From positions 76,971 to 140,970 of IMG/VR virus record IMGVR_UViG_3300044681_000369: 64,000 bases of DNA; one strand, 5' to 3'. The notes beneath the pieces are model-generated. The model made no database searches and was not told where the DNA came from. It worked only from the letters and a program-made list of their open reading frames with translations. Below are positions 44,840-55,537 of this stretch, piece after piece. A program made the position numbers and the translations under genes. Origin of the DNA: a virus. Position 1 is the stretch's first letter. Each line of letters starts with the position of its first letter.

Positions 44840-45382
44840 TTATGAGACTCCATACCAGCTAGGAACTTCACGATTTTTCCATTTTGCCATATTATTTTTT
44901 GCACCAATATAATAGTTGCGATATGACTGCAATGAGTCGCCAGGAACTTTATATTGATCTGGCATCGCAGGTGTAGGCTGAGTCAAATGACTTACCGGAA
45001 TATTTTTGGGTGGCTTACGCAACCAATACACTAGGCGTTCGGTAGAATGTATCTTACCGTATCGATAAGTGTACTCTGCAAGGAGGGACTGGAATAAACA
45101 CATAAGCCAATTATAATTATTGTTAGATTGACGAACCCACACAGCACTCGGATGATTGATGTGTGTGGCCTTATAGAGTTCTCTATCAAGTGTACTATCC
45201 TCTAATCGCCAACGCCTGATTGATCTACCGTTGGCAGTTTTATCCGTGTATTCAATTCCATCAATAACACGATGCGCGGTAGATAGTAGTTGCGCATACT
45301 CCAGGATCATTTTAACAACATGCTTGTCATTGTGATATTCAGCACATTTGGCAACATCACGGTCCAAATAAAATATATTCAC
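44840..45382 (-). CDS. Pyrimidine dimer DNA glycosylase/endonuclease V-like protein
   Basis: 'MNIFYLD.....CA..H.DKHVVKM.LE.AQLLSTAH', 'H.NHP...W', 'EYT.RY.K.H', 'AMPD.Y'. Confidence 0.8.
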   Translation of the reverse strand: MNIFYLDRDVAKCAEYHNDKHVVKMILEYAQLLSTAHRVIDGIEYTDKTANGRSIRRWRLEDSTLDRELYKATHINHPSAVWVRQSNNNYNWLMCLFQSLLAEYTYRYGKIHSTERLVYWLRKPPKNIPVSHLTQPTPAMPDQYKVPGDSLQSYRNYYIGAKNNMAKWKNREVPSWYGVS

Positions 45383-45657
45383 TATATGTCAACCTCTTCA
45401 ACGGAATCTCGAATTGCTTTAACATGCGATTTTGCACTATTAGATAGTATATCAGATTGGTACGCAATGTCAAGACATTTCATGACATAAATTGGGTCCA
45501 AAACGCCCAAATCGTGAGAATTTAGTCTTTCCTCGGTGTTTCCAAAGGCATTTAAGCAAAAAAGCACCAGATCAACGTCTGCCTGGCTATATAGCGGAAT
45601 CCTATAGTGTCGGCGTTCCGTTGTGTACTTATTAGGAAACTTGACTACGTTATTCAT
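45382..45657 (-). CDS. Hypothetical protein
   Basis: ORF overlapping both neighbours (translational coupling); 'NVVKFP' N-terminus. Confidence 0.55.
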   Translation of the reverse strand: MNNVVKFPNKYTTERRHYRIPLYSQADVDLVLFCLNAFGNTEERLNSHDLGVLDPIYVMKCLDIAYQSDILSNSAKSHVKAIRDSVEEVDI

Positions 45658-46765
45658 GCAAGTATTTATCTGCCAACAGTTTATTCAACATCATTTTTGG
45701 ACCACTATTATGGCACAAAAAGTTATAGTGTGAATACTTGTCAAACTTATTGGCAGAGTTTATTGCATCTATAAGAGTTTCATGTGAAACTTTCTCTGGA
45801 GACACTATCTCTATATAATCTGAAACTAGCTGTGAACTAATTGCGTTTTCTCCGGTTTGAGGAATTGCAATTTGTGCCGCGTTTGTCCAAAAACATTTAC
45901 CCACAGTTCCCACCCCACCATGGTGTACAACAGCTTTTGCTTTGTTGAAAATTTTATGATGAGGAACAACTTTACGAATAACTTTAAAGTTTTCGGATTC
46001 TTTGATGGAACACGGTCCTAATACTAAAACAGGATAAGTTTCAGATATCTGCTTTGCAATTTCGTATAGATTGTTGGGAAACAAAGTATTTTTTGCTCCT
46101 GTTCCCATAGAAAATACGACTGGTCTTTTTCTTAGAAAGGACTCAACACTTTCTTGCAACTCATCTTTTTGAAGAAGAAAAAAGAAGTTAGTAAAATTGA
46201 TCTTGTCAATTATATCTGAGTTTTTAATTTTGTCAACATAAAATTTTGGTATATCCAAAAATATTGGATTTGATCTAGAGAATACATCCATGGATGTGGT
46301 CTCTTCTGGAGGCAAACCAATCTCTTCTCGTATTCTGTTCCATGGTCCTATTGTGACCTCTTGAAATCTCTTTTTACCTTCGTCTGAAATAAAGTATGCT
46401 AAGGACCCGCCAAACTCAACTCTAGGAATTTTGGTAAAGTCCGAATACAATGCGGCAAGAGGCATTGTAATCGGATCTCTAATTATTAATTCTGGGGCAA
46501 AAGAATCAGCAAAATCAAAGAATTGATGATATGCAGTTAAATTAAATAAATGATAATCACATAAAATCTTGCCAACATCATAATCATCATATGTTTTGGT
46601 GTGATGTGTTGATACTGCTTTAAATCCGTATTTTGTAATTTCGTTCAAAAACGAAGATTCAGTTATAAACAATACTTCATGACCCAAACTAGTTAACTCT
46701 TGGGCAAGCCTAATATAAAGAGCCACGTGACCATATGATCCATATACGGCTAACAATATTCTCAT
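45650..46765 (-). CDS. GT1/GT28-like GT-B glycosyltransferase
   Basis: 'GSYGHV....LA..L...GHEV', 'VFSMGT', 'VPH..IF....AVVHHGG.GT', 'IP'. Confidence 0.88.
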   Translation of the reverse strand: MRILLAVYGSYGHVALYIRLAQELTSLGHEVLFITESSFLNEITKYGFKAVSTHHTKTYDDYDVGKILCDYHLFNLTAYHQFFDFADSFAPELIIRDPITMPLAALYSDFTKIPRVEFGGSLAYFISDEGKKRFQEVTIGPWNRIREEIGLPPEETTSMDVFSRSNPIFLDIPKFYVDKIKNSDIIDKINFTNFFFLLQKDELQESVESFLRKRPVVFSMGTGAKNTLFPNNLYEIAKQISETYPVLVLGPCSIKESENFKVIRKVVPHHKIFNKAKAVVHHGGVGTVGKCFWTNAAQIAIPQTGENAISSQLVSDYIEIVSPEKVSHETLIDAINSANKFDKYSHYNFLCHNSGPKMMLNKLLADKYLHE

Positions 46766-48198
46766 GTCACAACTTTCACACCATAAAATTGCTCAAAGTC
46801 TTGAGCATCTCTTCTGTTATTTACCATAGGTTGTCCCTTAATATTCAAGCTAGTATTAAGTAACATTGGACAACCATAATTCTCATACATTTTTCTGAGT
46901 AATGTATACAGTCCTGGATGCTGATCAAAGTTTACAGTTTGTACACGGCTTGTTCCGTCACCATGAACAATAGCAGGATACTGGTCAGGAAATTTGCATC
47001 TTGCAGTAAACTGCATATAAGGGGATTCCTTAACTGGCATCTCAAAATATCGTTCTGCAAGTTCTTCCATGATAACCGGCGCAAATGGTCTAAATTTCTG
47101 TCTACGCTTAATTTCATTTACTCTATCCTTCATGTCTGATCGTGTGGGATCTGCAAGTAGTGATCTATTTCCTAAAGCTCTAGGACCAAATTCTGCTCTA
47201 CCATTGGCAACACCAACCATTCCGTTTGTTACCAGTTCGTGCATCAATTCTTTGACTGGATATGCTCCACCAATATTTTCTCCTAAATACGGACCATTCC
47301 AATCCAGATGTTCCTTGTTATTTGCCGCAATTGCACCTAGAGAACTTCCAGCGTCACTAGGATTAGGCATAATCCAGATGTTCTTAAAGTATTTTGTGGC
47401 AATATGATTTGCACTACAGTTTAAAGCACAACCTCCCATAAGAACAAGGTTTTCCTGATTTGGATCACTATCCTTTGCTCGTTTCAGAAGTTTCTCAAAC
47501 TCTTCTTCATACACCTTTTGGGCGGCAGCGGCAAGATCATATGGATGTGGTTCAGAATCACCTTTAGGATTCCACCATCTACAGCCCCGATGAAGATTTT
47601 GTGTGTCGTATAATTCCCGAGTTTCCGCATAAAATCTATCTGGATCACCATACGCAACCATTCCCATAAGAATATACTCATCTTCGTTCGGCTTCAAAGA
47701 TACTCTGTCGGTAATTGCTGAATAAAAAAGACCTAGTGATTTTGGATATTTCATTCTCCAAACTTTTTTGAGTTTGTTTGCATGACAGTGCCATATGGAT
47801 GCAGTATCAAACTCACCAATAGCATCAATAACAAGAGTTGTTGCTGATACCATTCCTGAAGTAAAATAACCCGCGGCCGCGTGTGACTCATGATGGTCAG
47901 CCATCTTAATCTTCACACCGGTAATTCCATATTTTGCAAGATAGTCTTTAGGATGAAAATAGACATATCCCATGCCACAAACAAATCTACGAAGCATTCT
48001 CATCCAAGAATTTTCATACCAATGAATTACATCGGGCTTACCAAATTGAAGCGCGGCAGAAATTAGAGAGGGACACAGGTCCTTATCATTTTTCTTTCCA
48101 CTATATCTTTCGGAATGAGATGCAAACAAAATCTTACTCCCGCTAACCACGGTAAGCGATGCATCATGGGCGCCAGCAGAAATTCCCCACTCAATCAT
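46762..48198 (-). CDS. Carbamoyltransferase (NodU/CmcH/TobZ family)
   Basis: 'HDAS', 'ER.S..KND', 'HH.SHAA', 'D.IGE', 'SLGLFY', 'MG...YG', 'GGCALN', 'EFGPRALGNRS.LADP', 'FRPFAP', 'LNTSLN'. Confidence 0.95.
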   Translation of the reverse strand: MIEWGISAGAHDASLTVVSGSKILFASHSERYSGKKNDKDLCPSLISAALQFGKPDVIHWYENSWMRMLRRFVCGMGYVYFHPKDYLAKYGITGVKIKMADHHESHAAAGYFTSGMVSATTLVIDAIGEFDTASIWHCHANKLKKVWRMKYPKSLGLFYSAITDRVSLKPNEDEYILMGMVAYGDPDRFYAETRELYDTQNLHRGCRWWNPKGDSEPHPYDLAAAAQKVYEEEFEKLLKRAKDSDPNQENLVLMGGCALNCSANHIATKYFKNIWIMPNPSDAGSSLGAIAANNKEHLDWNGPYLGENIGGAYPVKELMHELVTNGMVGVANGRAEFGPRALGNRSLLADPTRSDMKDRVNEIKRRQKFRPFAPVIMEELAERYFEMPVKESPYMQFTARCKFPDQYPAIVHGDGTSRVQTVNFDQHPGLYTLLRKMYENYGCPMLLNTSLNIKGQPMVNNRRDAQDFEQFYGVKVVT

Positions 48199-49687
48199 TA
48201 AAGTATTCCTCTAGTTGCGGAAAGGTATTTTTCCAATCTGTACCACGTCTCTTATCATGTTGGTCAAAGTGACTTAGTAAGTTTCTCTTGTGTCTAGGAT
48301 CAGTAACACGATGTTCTTTCATCCATTCCAGATTGCGCTTTAATTTATTAACCTCAAAATCATAAAATCCAATAAAGCCGTTTTCTGGATTTGCTTCCAT
48401 AAACTCAATAGCTTCTTCTAGATACTTTTCAAATTGTTCGGGCAAAGAGTTTATTGCCATCCAATCTGGATATCTCAATAATGGAATATCAAACCAAACA
48501 CGCTGTCTTGGATGAACCTCAAAATCTGGATGTTTATGGTTAGGATCAAAAATAGGAATATATTTTACACCCTGCTTTTCGTGACTGTATTTTGTTCTAA
48601 GTTCCAAAATATATTCAAGATATTTTTTGATACCAAACAAAGACAAGGTATTAAATGTGTTAATAAAATATATTGATGTGTTGCAGGTCTCAGATAAAAT
48701 TCTCTCAACATTTTCTTGCATGTAAGAATAATTCAGACCAGTTCTAATATATTCTGCTTGTTCACCTACGCTATCTAAACTCACATATACGGCAACATTT
48801 TTTAATGCCATATTAACATACCAATGATTGCCGGAACCAGGATTGAATCGTTCCTCGTCTTTCCAGATTTGGATCTCTTCTAGCTTCTGAAGTTTATCGA
48901 CAAACTTGTCCATAAGCTCTGGCTTAGGAGGACTCATATTGCTAGTTACAGAAACCTCTAGCCAAGCATTAGGATGCTCATAGATATAGTCCAAAACCTT
49001 ATATGTATTGCTGTCCATTAGCGGCTCACCACCAGTCATACGGAACACTTCTAGTTTCTTGTATAACTCTGGCCACCACCGCCAAAATGCAGTCAGATAT
49101 GGATTATCTGCTTGCTTGACTTTCAAAGGCATAAGCCCCTGTCTAGCAAGATATCCCATGTCATTGTGACCCTCAATTTGACCAGACGCATTCTCTATCT
49201 GCAACGGACCATGCTCTTTGATCTCATCTTCCCAAGTGGTACTTAGATGAGGCGAACAATACATACATTTAAAGTTACAAGCCTGGTTAAAGTTGACTTC
49301 CACATATCGTGGCGTCATATTGCCTACATCAAGGGCTTCAATAATATCGCTTCTGGAGTTTTGTGCCCAATCTTCTCCTGAGCGATATATTCTATCACTT
49401 CTGGCTCCAGCATCCTCAATTTTCCAACAGTAGGAGCAACCAGCTGGACGCTCACCAGAAAGCATCTGCTTACGCTCTTCTTTCTTTTGTTTTGTGTTGT
49501 GTAGTGCTGAAGGATTATCCTTCAACTCAAGAACATCAATCTTGTGTGTTGGTGGATGGTAGCAACTGTGTGTCATGCCATTGGTCAAGTGCATAGACAC
49601 CTGTGACCATTTAGCATAACACATGCTACTAGAAATGCGTCTTAATTGATTTTCGGCTTTAGTCGCGGCATCATCATATATGCTCAT
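48191..49687 (-). CDS. Radical SAM protein with N-terminal twitch-like Cys cluster, paralogue 1
   Basis: CNFKCMYC, TGGEPL; N-terminal C..KW...SCYHP...CSYCW. Confidence 0.9.
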   Translation of the reverse strand: MSIYDDAATKAENQLRRISSSMCYAKWSQVSMHLTNGMTHSCYHPPTHKIDVLELKDNPSALHNTKQKKEERKQMLSGERPAGCSYCWKIEDAGARSDRIYRSGEDWAQNSRSDIIEALDVGNMTPRYVEVNFNQACNFKCMYCSPHLSTTWEDEIKEHGPLQIENASGQIEGHNDMGYLARQGLMPLKVKQADNPYLTAFWRWWPELYKKLEVFRMTGGEPLMDSNTYKVLDYIYEHPNAWLEVSVTSNMSPPKPELMDKFVDKLQKLEEIQIWKDEERFNPGSGNHWYVNMALKNVAVYVSLDSVGEQAEYIRTGLNYSYMQENVERILSETCNTSIYFINTFNTLSLFGIKKYLEYILELRTKYSHEKQGVKYIPIFDPNHKHPDFEVHPRQRVWFDIPLLRYPDWMAINSLPEQFEKYLEEAIEFMEANPENGFIGFYDFEVNKLKRNLEWMKEHRVTDPRHKRNLLSHFDQHDKRRGTDWKNTFPQLEEYFND

Positions 49688-49702
49688 AATATATCCAATT
49701 AA

Positions 49703-49816
49703 TTAATCGTAAATAAAGGGGTCTTGCTTTCTCAACTCTTCAAGTCTTTTCTTAATCTGTTTTTCACGCTTTCTGCGCTCAAACCAATCTCGAATCTTTT
49801 GTACTAATTTTTTCAT
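49703..49816 (-). CDS. 37-aa basic peptide ending DPFIYD (missing from ORF track)
   Basis: MKKLVQKIRDWFERRKREKQIKKRLEELRKQDPFIYD; ATGA overlap with upstream gene; fills the intergenic gap. Confidence 0.7.
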   Translation of the reverse strand: MKKLVQKIRDWFERRKREKQIKKRLEELRKQDPFIYD

Positions 49817-50781
49817 TTCATTTGTCCTATAATGTACTGTGCGGCAAGTTTGTGTGAAAGTTTACCATGATGAACCATATCTCTTGCCCTGTCTGTTCTT
49901 GTCCCCACTGGATCAAGTGCAACTGGCAAGTGACAATTTACAATTTTTGCGGCATCTGGATAAAAACTAAACTCTATCAATTTTGTTTTGCCTTTTAGCA
50001 ATGCCCTAACAGTTCTGGCAGTATACTGAGTTTGCACATGTGCATGATATTTATTGCTGTTGTAAAAGTATAAAAAATTTTGATCATCGGTGTTTTTGCC
50101 AAAATTTTTTGTGTTGAAATGACCAAAACTCCATGCACCTAGATTTAATGCGTCACTGTTTCTAAAGTATGTTGCTCTATCAACACATGTCCAACCAATA
50201 ACAACATATTTTGGAAAATCTGCTGGATGAACAGTTTCAATTAGAGCAACAACGTTCTTCAAAATAGTATCATTAGAACCTGACGGATATCCAAAGTTTA
50301 TAGGAACGGCTTGTGCCTTAGTTGCAACTAAAGATGTAACTACATCTTCTTCATTTAATCCTACACCAAAAACACTAGAGCAACCAAAAAATGGAATAGT
50401 CTTGTTCCACTCAGTTATTGAGTCGAACTCCACAGTCCTGTATCCCATAGAATTTATGTTGTATGAAATCTCTTTATCATAATATTCCCAAGTTTTGCCA
50501 AACTGTTCCTTGTGTTTAGCATGTTCATTTGGTCCATCAGTCTGACAATATCTGCTATCTATCGCACCCATTTCGGTCCTATATAGTAAAGACCTGTTAA
50601 ATTCAAACTTATTTTTTCTGTGATACGCTAGATATATTGGATAATGGAATCCTGGCTCAAAGAAGCCAGCAACAGTCTCATCTTTTGGGGTCGGAGAATA
50701 ATCCATTTTCTCTGCAGGAGCAGACGAATATATGACCAGATTGGAAATATACTGAGACAGGATGTCTTTTGTCAGAGACAC
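49813..50781 (-). CDS. SGNH/GDSL-like protein
   Basis: 'N..GYR..EF', 'FFGCS..FG.G', 'NFG...GSN', 'ARD..H.G'. Confidence 0.7.
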   Translation of the reverse strand: MSLTKDILSQYISNLVIYSSAPAEKMDYSPTPKDETVAGFFEPGFHYPIYLAYHRKNKFEFNRSLLYRTEMGAIDSRYCQTDGPNEHAKHKEQFGKTWEYYDKEISYNINSMGYRTVEFDSITEWNKTIPFFGCSSVFGVGLNEEDVVTSLVATKAQAVPINFGYPSGSNDTILKNVVALIETVHPADFPKYVVIGWTCVDRATYFRNSDALNLGAWSFGHFNTKNFGKNTDDQNFLYFYNSNKYHAHVQTQYTARTVRALLKGKTKLIEFSFYPDAAKIVNCHLPVALDPVGTRTDRARDMVHHGKLSHKLAAQYIIGQMK

Positions 50782-51821
50782 AAATGTTTTTCCTTCAGCA
50801 AAAATTCATACAAAGACATTGCAATTGCTGTATGACCATATTCTGATGGATGGGAACACTTTGACCAATACTTATTAGGACTACCAGTTTTTATATATTT
50901 TTGAAAATATTGAAAATCTTTTTCCGGTGGTGCGCCTGTCTCAACTGTTTCGACTATTTCCGAAATTGTTTTGCAACCATCAATAACGATATATTTATCC
51001 CAAGGATGCTGTTCATACATCAGTCGAAGTCTCTTGCTATTTTCATTACTTCTTTTATGATTGAGAACTTGTTCCTGATTTGTAATTCCTTCGGTTGGAA
51101 GTTCTTTTGGAATATGTCTATACATAAATCCATCTTTTTCATAGAAATTGTCAAATGCTGGCATAATAAACAATTTTGCATTGTATGTTTTACACCAAAG
51201 TCTTAGAATTTCTACTGCATGATAGTATTCCTGTATGACATGAGTTTCACTCCATGCAGCCATAGCATAGGCTTTCCAAAGATCACCTTCAACGCCCGTT
51301 ACTCCTGTGCCGAAATGTGGCCATATAGTTTTGTGTGAGAAATGTTCCGATACATGTGGTGCTGCCATGTCGTATCTGTCAATTCCTGTAGGAAAAAACA
51401 TGACAATAATATCTTCCAAACTGGAATAATCAAACTCGGAAAATCTAAACAAGTTCATTATACTCGCTTTATTTCCATTTCCCTTCATACCAAAATTTAT
51501 GGGAGTATATTTGTTTTTTAAGTATTTGCTACACAGAACATTAGTAAACGCATTATCAAATTCCATTTTAGTGAAGTCAATGGGATTTTCTTCACTTGGC
51601 GTTTTAGCAAGTCTTGGATATTTCTTTAAAACATCTTCAAGACACCGTGAATCTCCGGCAAAACACATGGTATTTGACTTGTTTAATTTAAACGGATATT
51701 TGTCAACAATTTCCTGATCCATAGATCCTTGTCCTTGAACAAATGAACAGCCCAAGGTAATAATTGCTTTTTTTGTCCGCTTTAAACTGTCAACGGTCTC
51801 TTGTACTTGACACTCAAGCAT
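50772..51821 (-). CDS. SGNH/GDSL-like protein
   Basis: 'LGCSFVQGQG', 'NFG..G.GN', C-terminal 'HPSEYGH..IA'. Confidence 0.7.
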   Translation of the reverse strand: MLECQVQETVDSLKRTKKAIITLGCSFVQGQGSMDQEIVDKYPFKLNKSNTMCFAGDSRCLEDVLKKYPRLAKTPSEENPIDFTKMEFDNAFTNVLCSKYLKNKYTPINFGMKGNGNKASIMNLFRFSEFDYSSLEDIIVMFFPTGIDRYDMAAPHVSEHFSHKTIWPHFGTGVTGVEGDLWKAYAMAAWSETHVIQEYYHAVEILRLWCKTYNAKLFIMPAFDNFYEKDGFMYRHIPKELPTEGITNQEQVLNHKRSNENSKRLRLMYEQHPWDKYIVIDGCKTISEIVETVETGAPPEKDFQYFQKYIKTGSPNKYWSKCSHPSEYGHTAIAMSLYEFLLKEKHLCL

Positions 51822-53112
51822 TGAAATAGTCTCCTACATGTTTCTCAAACGTGAGATATGCCTCAGGAAGAATATCTCTAGAATTTTTTCTAAGCACTTC
51901 TCTATTGTGTTCTAAAATATCCGATACCGACTTATACCATTCAAGTTTATCTTCTACTTTATGGAACTTGTGTAACGAATCGGTAATTGCTACCATTCTT
52001 TCCCAAGTATTTAGTGTGTCATACGTTTCGTCTATAAAAGGATGAAAAGTTTTATAACCCATCTCTCGTATGTAGTGTAGAGAGTTTTTATTACCCCATA
52101 TCATAAATGGATGATAGCACATGATTGGTTTAAAGGTCTTTTCGCTAATAAAACAAGTATTGTCTCCATCGGCAAAAGATGCCTCACTGACAACAGATAT
52201 CCAACTGTCAAGCATGATATCATCTGTAAATCTTGTTATATAATAACCATCATCTTTAACATTGTTCGGCTCATTAACAAACATAGGAAGATGTCTGTTC
52301 AAAACTTCAACATGACTTTCAGATATGCAGGTTCCTTCCATCCAAGTATTAATATGATTGAAAGGATTCATGTTAATTAAGCCAAATCCTAAAACACCAG
52401 AATCATGGAACTGCTTAAACCCCCACATACGATGACTGCGCAATCGTTTCTGTAGAAAGTTATAGTCTTTTATTTTTCCAAGATTATCAGTTTTGTACTT
52501 TAACTGATCTTCTAACGTTGGTAAAGGATTATTTTCAAATCTTCTTCTATTAAATCCAGTCTCAAATATCATATGCTCAAAATGTGTGTGAGGTATAACT
52601 TTAACCTTACTAACGACACCTAGAGTTTTACACCAAGTCTGATATTGATTGTTCGCTAAAAGATTACCTGTAACGTATATAACTGAGCCACTAGGCAAAG
52701 AAAATTTAGACATAGCTTGGTGAAACCAGTCCCAAAGCCACTCACTCTGATACCCTTCATGAGACTGATCTATGACAAGAATTGCTTTGCCAGTCTTCAT
52801 GTCTTCTAGATATCGTTCATTTAGAAAGGAGAATAGACACTCACGTTTAATTTGTCGTTGACTCAGATATGGTGCACCACACCATTCTTCTGGGCTTTGA
52901 GCAACTCCTACACCAATAACATACTTACCCTGAGCATCCTCAAAATTACATTTTTTATAGTTAGAAATATCAATGTTTGTAAAGTATTGCCTAAGACTTG
53001 CATGCCTCAACACTCTTGTTGTGAAGGGGCAAGGAATAAATCTATTCTCATCGGTACAGCTAATGAAGTTTAGTTCTCTATGCTGTGCCTCAAACGCAAA
53101 TTCAATATTCAT
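51814..53112 (-). CDS. Putative glycosyltransferase-like protein (GT-B/GT10-like)
   Basis: 'R.HR', 'SVVSE', 'FISEKTFKPI...HPF...G....L..I..MGYKTF...IDE.YD', 'LEHN'. Confidence 0.55.
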   Translation of the reverse strand: MNIEFAFEAQHRELNFISCTDENRFIPCPFTTRVLRHASLRQYFTNIDISNYKKCNFEDAQGKYVIGVGVAQSPEEWCGAPYLSQRQIKRECLFSFLNERYLEDMKTGKAILVIDQSHEGYQSEWLWDWFHQAMSKFSLPSGSVIYVTGNLLANNQYQTWCKTLGVVSKVKVIPHTHFEHMIFETGFNRRRFENNPLPTLEDQLKYKTDNLGKIKDYNFLQKRLRSHRMWGFKQFHDSGVLGFGLINMNPFNHINTWMEGTCISESHVEVLNRHLPMFVNEPNNVKDDGYYITRFTDDIMLDSWISVVSEASFADGDNTCFISEKTFKPIMCYHPFMIWGNKNSLHYIREMGYKTFHPFIDETYDTLNTWERMVAITDSLHKFHKVEDKLEWYKSVSDILEHNREVLRKNSRDILPEAYLTFEKHVGDYFNA

Positions 53113-53113
53113 A

Positions 53114-54115
53114 TTACATTTTCTTCTCAGACCAAGTTTTTGGCGTTTTCTCGTTTACGATCTCTAAATTTACAAAATGATTAAATGGCTTTGCGCCTTC
53201 TTGCTTAATCCAACTTACAGTTTTCTGTATTGATTCAATTAGTGTTGCGCTTGGATTATAAGCCAACAACTTTCGTGCCTTGTCTGCACTACAATTTGCA
53301 TGTCTAACTTCTTGTGGTCTTGCAGGAATATGAATTGGTTCAATATCGCAATTCATTTCTTTTAGAATTAAAGAAGCCAGTTGATTAATAGTTACTTCGC
53401 CAGCATCTGGTCCAATATTAATTGTTTCACCAACAATAGACTTGTCAAACAATACTGGCATGATACAATCAATACATTCATCTACATATGAAAAGCAACG
53501 AATTTGCTCACCATCACCATAAATGTATATAGGTAATCCTTGAAGTGTTCTATTGATCATAATGCTCATTACATTACGATACGGATCTGTATAGCATTGT
53601 CTTGGTCCAACAATGTTATGTGGTATAACAATATTATACTCCATACCATGAACCGCTGACAAGACTTTTAGTGTATCTTCCACTGCAACTTTCGAAATTG
53701 CATATGGATCAACCGGAGCCGGTGGCATGTCTTCTGTAAATGGAGCTGGATTGTTGCCATATCTTGCCATACTGCTACAGAAGACAAAACGCTTAACACC
53801 GGCAGATATTGCGGCGCTAATTGTTGAGACTGATGCCTGATAGATGTTAGTTGTGATAAATGATGGAGAAAATATACTTAATCCCTCATGCGCAGTTGCG
53901 GCAGCATGAAAAACAACATCTACGCCATGCATCAATTCTTTCATGGTGTCAAAATCACAACAATCGGCAAATTGGAAGTCCACATTACAGGGAACATTCG
54001 CAAGTTCACCTCCCATAAGATTGTCATTACCAACAACCTCATGTCCTTCCGACAAAAGTCTTTCGCATAGGTGACTACCCAAAAAGCCAGCCGCGCCAGT
54101 AACTAAAACTTTCAT
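53114..54115 (-). CDS. NAD-dependent NDP-sugar epimerase/dehydratase
   Basis: GAAGFLG, HAAA, SSMA.YG, YAISK (YxxxK), N.VGP, GDG.Q.R.F.YV. Confidence 0.93.
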   Translation of the reverse strand: MKVLVTGAAGFLGSHLCERLLSEGHEVVGNDNLMGGELANVPCNVDFQFADCCDFDTMKELMHGVDVVFHAAATAHEGLSIFSPSFITTNIYQASVSTISAAISAGVKRFVFCSSMARYGNNPAPFTEDMPPAPVDPYAISKVAVEDTLKVLSAVHGMEYNIVIPHNIVGPRQCYTDPYRNVMSIMINRTLQGLPIYIYGDGEQIRCFSYVDECIDCIMPVLFDKSIVGETINIGPDAGEVTINQLASLILKEMNCDIEPIHIPARPQEVRHANCSADKARKLLAYNPSATLIESIQKTVSWIKQEGAKPFNHFVNLEIVNEKTPKTWSEKKM

Positions 54116-54118
54116 GTA

Positions 54119-55537
54119 TTAACCTCTATCCGTTGCAATAATGTTATCGCTTAGTGACTTACACTCATTCCAGAATTTTTCCATGTCTGGAAACGTCTCT
54201 AAGAAGTTCGTATTTCTTCGGCGATCTAGTTCAGTAAACCATCGATAAAAATCTTTTCTGCCTTCCATTACCTTGTCTTGTTCGTAGTTGTGATTTGCAA
54301 AATAATCACGAACTCGACGGAAACGCTCATATTCTAGATTTGAGAATTTCTTACAATCGCTCTCGTCTCTGTTATCATCAATAAACTGCAAAATCTTATC
54401 AAAATACGGAAGATATTCTTCTTTTGGCAAAATGTGCATATCATATTGAAGTGGTTCCTTCAAATAAGGAGTATCAAATCGAATTTTTCTTGTTTCTGGA
54501 TATTTAGGATCAAAAACAGGAATAACATCATCATACTTCTGTCTCCATTCCAAAACCTTTTCCAGGAAAGAAATAAATGAAGTTACAGAAAGAATATTGA
54601 AGGTGCACATAAACGTAACATGAGTTTTTGCGGTGCGAACAAAGGTATCCAAATTTTCTTCCCAAAGAGGCAATTTTAACCCTGTGCGCAAATACTCTGC
54701 TCTGTCACCCCAAGTGTCCATAGAACTAAAGAGTTTGAACTTTTTAATGTGACCTTTGCCAACAAGCACGTTGACTTCTTCGCCTAATTTTTGAACCAAA
54801 GAATTTTTAACGCCAAGGTTGCTGTTTAAATTAATTTCTAGATGGGGTTTTGAATCTGCCTTCAATTCATCAAAAGTTCTCCATGTTGATTTGTGGAGAA
54901 GCGGTTCGCCGCCAGTAATGCGTAGAATACTCAAAGTTTTGGACATTTCTGGCCACCAACGGAACCAAGCATCAATATATGGGTTTTCGTCTTCTTCCAT
55001 CTTCTTGATGTAGTCGATATCAAGAGCATGGTTTTTTACCATATGGAAAGGACCATGCTTTTTGATTTCCGCATAAAAACTACTACTTACGGCTGGGTGA
55101 CAGTAACCACACTTAAAGTTACATTCATTGCTGAATGCCATTTCGATATACTCTGGATTGATATTCATATCCCAAGGAGCATCGACAATTTCTTTCATCC
55201 GCTCTGGTGTGTAAATTGAGGTATTTCTGATCATACGATCTGAAATGTGGTCTGATCCCATACCCTCAACGTTCCAGCAATATTGACAACCCTTAGGCTT
55301 TGCGCCCACAAGCATCTCAGCACGTTCTTTTTTCTTAGTGCTTGTATTATGCAGTGCGGCAGGATTTATCTTGATTTCTTCTACAGAAATATCATGGGGT
55401 CTTGGATGATAGCAACTATGCGTCTGCCCAGAATACATGTAGATTGAAGTGTGGTGCCATTTTGCTAGACAAAATGTAGGGCTTACCTCATCTGTAATTT
55501 TGATAATATCTCGGATACGATTTACGTCATCACTCAT
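54119..55537 (-). CDS. Radical SAM protein with twitch-like Cys cluster, paralogue 2
   Basis: CNFKCGYC, TGGEPL, N-terminal CLAKW...SCYHP...CQYCW. Confidence 0.9.
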   Translation of the reverse strand: MSDDVNRIRDIIKITDEVSPTFCLAKWHHTSIYMYSGQTHSCYHPRPHDISVEEIKINPAALHNTSTKKKERAEMLVGAKPKGCQYCWNVEGMGSDHISDRMIRNTSIYTPERMKEIVDAPWDMNINPEYIEMAFSNECNFKCGYCHPAVSSSFYAEIKKHGPFHMVKNHALDIDYIKKMEEDENPYIDAWFRWWPEMSKTLSILRITGGEPLLHKSTWRTFDELKADSKPHLEINLNSNLGVKNSLVQKLGEEVNVLVGKGHIKKFKLFSSMDTWGDRAEYLRTGLKLPLWEENLDTFVRTAKTHVTFMCTFNILSVTSFISFLEKVLEWRQKYDDVIPVFDPKYPETRKIRFDTPYLKEPLQYDMHILPKEEYLPYFDKILQFIDDNRDESDCKKFSNLEYERFRRVRDYFANHNYEQDKVMEGRKDFYRWFTELDRRRNTNFLETFPDMEKFWNECKSLSDNIIATDRG

